DNA from: Scyliorhinus canicula
Taxonomy: Eukaryota
Direction: 5' to 3'
NCBI RefSeq assembly: GCF_902713615.1
Contig: NW_024055457.1
Location: 62,001 to 126,000 of the forward strand
Length of the DNA stretch: 64,000 nt
Shown piece by piece: positions 60,901 to 64,000 of this stretch. The stretch's first letter is position 1. Every line of letters begins with the position of its first letter. The notes beneath the pieces are model-generated. The model was not told the origin of the DNA. It saw only the letters and a list, made by a program, of their open reading frames with translations, and did no database searches. A program made the translations under genes and the position numbers.

Positions 60901-61670
60901 CCTATTATCATTGCCTCCCATAAAGGTGGCGGCCGTTCACTCGGGCCTGGGGAATCACTGTTTGTTCTCAGACTTGTTGGGCCAAAGGGCCTCTTTCTGT
61001 GCTGTAAAACTTTATCACTCGATGATGTTGCCTGGACTGTTGCGGTCCCAGCACTGATCCTTATGGCACATCACTCAATACATCTTGCCAACCTCAAAAG
61101 ACCCATTGTGCCTAATCTCTGCTTTCTGTCACAGTGTCATAGAGTTTTACAGCAGAGGAAGAGGCTCTTCGGCCCATTGTGTCTGTGCTGGCCATCAAAC
61201 ACCGATTAATTCTAATCCCATTTCCCTGTACTTTGTCTGCAGCCTTGTATGCTGCAGCATTTCAAGTGCTCATTTAAATGCTTCTTAAATGTTGAGGGTT
61301 CCTGTCCCTACCACCCTTTCAGACAGTGAGTACCAGGTTCCTACATTCCTCTGGGTGAAAAAGATTTTCCTCAAATCCCCACAAAATGTCCTGCACCTGA
61401 CCTTAAATCTGTGCCCCCAGCTATTGACCCCTCGGAGAAGGGGAACATTTTCTTATTATTCCCATAATATGGTATTTTCACATCAGTGACAGAAGTCAAT
61501 TCAATCAGTTTGGAAATAACTCCCATACCTCCGGTTCTCAAACACTTTGTTTGAAAGATAACAAATGAGATAAAGCCAAATCTTTAAAAGGCAAAGTTGT
61601 TAATTCAAATTGTCACCGTGCCATCAGTGGGTTAACGCCTTCTTCATAATTTCTATTCCTGCCTATCTTA

Positions 61671-61850
61671 GGGCTGGTTTAGCACAGGGCTAAATCGCTG
61701 GCTTTGAAAGCAGACCAAGGCAGGCCAGCAGCACGGTTCAATTCCCGTACTAGCCTCCCTGAACAGGTGCCGGAATGTGGCGACTAGGGTCTTTTCACAG
61801 TAACTTCATTGAAGCCTACTCATGACAATAAGCGATTTCATTTTTTTTTT
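61671..61850 (+). mobile_element. Short tRNA-like SINE, reference copy
   Basis: GGGCTGGTTTAGCACAGGGCTAAA (A-box region with TTTAGC/GCTAAA stem), GGTTCAATTCCC B box, tail GGAATGTGGCGACTAGGGTCTTTTCACAGTAACTTCATTGAAGCCTAC. Confidence 0.9.
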
Positions 61851-62509
61851 ATTCTTTGTGTCAGCAGCAAATTTGATAACCATCCCAGCCATTTGTTAGT
61901 TTTCTAACACGCTACTCTGATTGTTTGTGATGATTTCATGGTTCTCACCGTTACCTGTTGCAGCCCCGGTTCATTTTGTACCCATTTCCATCCATCACTG
62001 CTCTTGAGGCACTTTACCCCCACCCTGATTCTCCATCCCATCGGAGGGAACTTTCTGTCAGTAAGAACTTCACAATCTGACAATTTCAGGGCAGTTACTT
62101 TGGTGACTGTAGGATAAAGCGCCCGTAGTCATATCAAACTTAGCACATCTATTTCCATTGTCACAGGCAGTTTGGAATTATTGATGTTGGCTGATCCAAT
62201 GTTTATTTCCACAGTATCCCCCTGCTTTTTACACATCTGTCCTGGTTACTTTCAAGTGTTCTAGCTGTCGGGTTAATATTGTACATCAGGTACAGATGTC
62301 ATCTCTGCTGAGTGGGTCTCAAGCCAGTCTTTGTTTTGGGTTCCACCTTTACCAAATGTTGCTGCTGCTGTGTCAGAAATGATCCAACTCAACGACTTCC
62401 AAACTTCATCAATATCAATGTTCCTGTTCGGAATTTCATTGCATAATGGATATGCCACTCTGAAGAAGTCAGTAAGAATGATCAGGAAAAGTTAATCAAG
62501 AGTTTCCCA

Positions 62510-62730
62510 GGGCAGCACGGTGGCCTAGTGGTTAGCACAACTGCCTCACGGCGCTGAGGTCCCAGGATCAATCCCGGCTCTGTGTCACTGTCCGTGTGGA
62601 GTTTGCACATTCTCCCCGTGTCTGCGTGGGTTTCGCCCCCACAACCAAAACATGTGCAGAGTAGGTGGATTGGCCACACTAAATTGCCCCTTAATTGGAA
62701 AAAATAATTGGGTAATCTAAATAAAAAAGA
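62510..62730 (+). mobile_element. V-SINE, short-tail variant
   Basis: Near-identical layout to 28693-28920. Confidence 0.88.
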
Positions 62731-62954
62731 AAAAAAAAATCAAGAGTTTCCCATTGGAGATGTTAATTAGCAGAACATTTCAGACACTGAACTCTAGATT
62801 TTGCATACAGACAAATTTAGTATTGAAGCAAAAACTCATATTTATTTTAAACAAGTTTCTGTTGAGAATTCTTAAATGAAAGAGAAAGATCACAGACACT
62901 GCTTCTAAAAAGGGGCATTGCAGCCCCGAAAATCAGTGACATCTCCAGAATATT

Positions 62955-63138
62955 AAGCTGCTGCTCCACCTAACCTGTACATCTGTGGACTATGGGAGGA
63001 AACCGGAGCACCCAGAGGAAACCCACGCAGCAGGGGGAGAATGTGCAGACTCGGCAGAGACAGCAGCAGGGAATCGAACCTCGGACCCTGGCGCTGTGAA
63101 GGCACAGTGCTATCCACTTGTGCTACCGTGCTGCCCCT
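62955..63138 (-). mobile_element. V-SINE 5' part
   Basis: Reverse complement of GGGCAGCACGGTAGCACAAGTGG..GGTTCGATTCCC..V-core. Confidence 0.82.
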
Positions 63139-63284
63139 AGTTTCTGGTTCTCTTCCTGCCCAATGTAACCTAAACCATCCTCCAGTGACTGACGCAGGAT
63201 GGTGCCCGTTAACCTGGGCCTGTTCCCGGCAGGGAGGGCAAAGTCCCATAGATGCAAACCAGGGAGCTGACAATGATTGTGAAC

Positions 63285-63995
63285 AGAGTAAGAAGTCTTA
63301 CAACACCAGGTTAAAGTCCAACAGGTTTGTTTCAAATCACTAGCTTTCAGAGCACTGCTCCTTCTGGAACTTGGCTACACGTTTCTGCTCAACGCTTCTG
63401 TGTTCTCCAAGGCTGCCTTGGAGAACGCTTACCTGAAGATCAGAGGCTGAATGCCCTTGACTGCTGAAGTTTTCCCCGACTGGAAGGGAACATTTCTCCC
63501 TGGCGATTGTCGCACGATGACTGTTCATCCGCTGTCGCAGCGCCTGCATGGTCTAGCCAATGTCCCACGCTTCAGGAGCTTATTGTAGGTTTGTGAATCC
63601 TCCCCGCCCACTTTCCAGGGTTTCCTTCCCAGGCAGGAATGTTCCCTTCCAGTCGGGGAACACTTCAGCAGTCAAGGGCGTTCAGCCTCTGATCTTCGGG
63701 TAAGCGTTCTCCAAGGCATCCTTCAGGACACGCAAGAACGCAGAATCGCCGAGCAGACACTTATAGCCAAGTTCTGCACACGAGTACAGCCTCAACTGGG
63801 ACCTGGGATTTATGTTGCATTACATTCACCCCAGCATCTGGTCTGGGCATGCAAAATCCTACCAGCTGTCCAAGCTTGAGACAATTCACTTTTTAACCTG
63901 GGATTACCCCTATCTCTGGATCTGTAAATATTTGATTACCCGCTAATGTTCGCATTTTAATTCTAGCATCTCTGAATTTGTCTCTGTATATGCTT
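63285..63995. mobile_element. Two Penelope-like GIY-YIG 3' fragments in inverted orientation (- 63285-63570; + 63629-63995)
   Basis: Both match 53380-53660 (LPVGEHFSSQGHSASDL). Confidence 0.85.
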
Positions 63996-64000
63996 CTGCG

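Noticed and set aside
61671-61760. SINE heads as genuine tRNA genes
   Set aside because: A and B boxes are present but there is no complete cloverleaf; each continues into a repeated SINE body and tail

Overview
Cartilaginous-fish (shark) genomic DNA; the species cannot be fixed from sequence alone. The first ~24.5 kb hold one complete, unrearranged and apparently intact IgM heavy-chain cluster on the + strand: leader, VH, D1, D2, JH, Cmu1-Cmu4, secretory tailpiece, TM1 and TM2. RSSs follow the shark 23 / 12-D1-22 / 12-D2-12 / 23 pattern, and there are separate secretory and membrane poly(A) signals. The ~12 kb J-C intron is full of simple repeats, including a G-rich 20-mer array and an AGCT-dense 29-mer array just upstream of Cmu1, where tetrapod switch-mu lies. 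The remaining ~40 kb is a cluster of C2H2 zinc-finger genes and pseudogenes with no recognisable KRAB or SET domain. It is interleaved with a full-length L1-clade LINE (16-bp TSD, nested inside an older L1 ORF1), CR1/L2-type, Rex1/Babar-like and Penelope-like fragments, and many tRNA-derived SINEs. Best leads: the switch-like arrays and the strand-skew flip in the J-C intron, an extra heptamer in the D1 3' RSS, a zinc-finger-derived minisatellite, a conserved spliced leader shared by the ZNF family, and SINE tails matching a LINE 3' end in the window. Repeat boundaries are approximate; Ig exon and RSS boundaries were read base by base.
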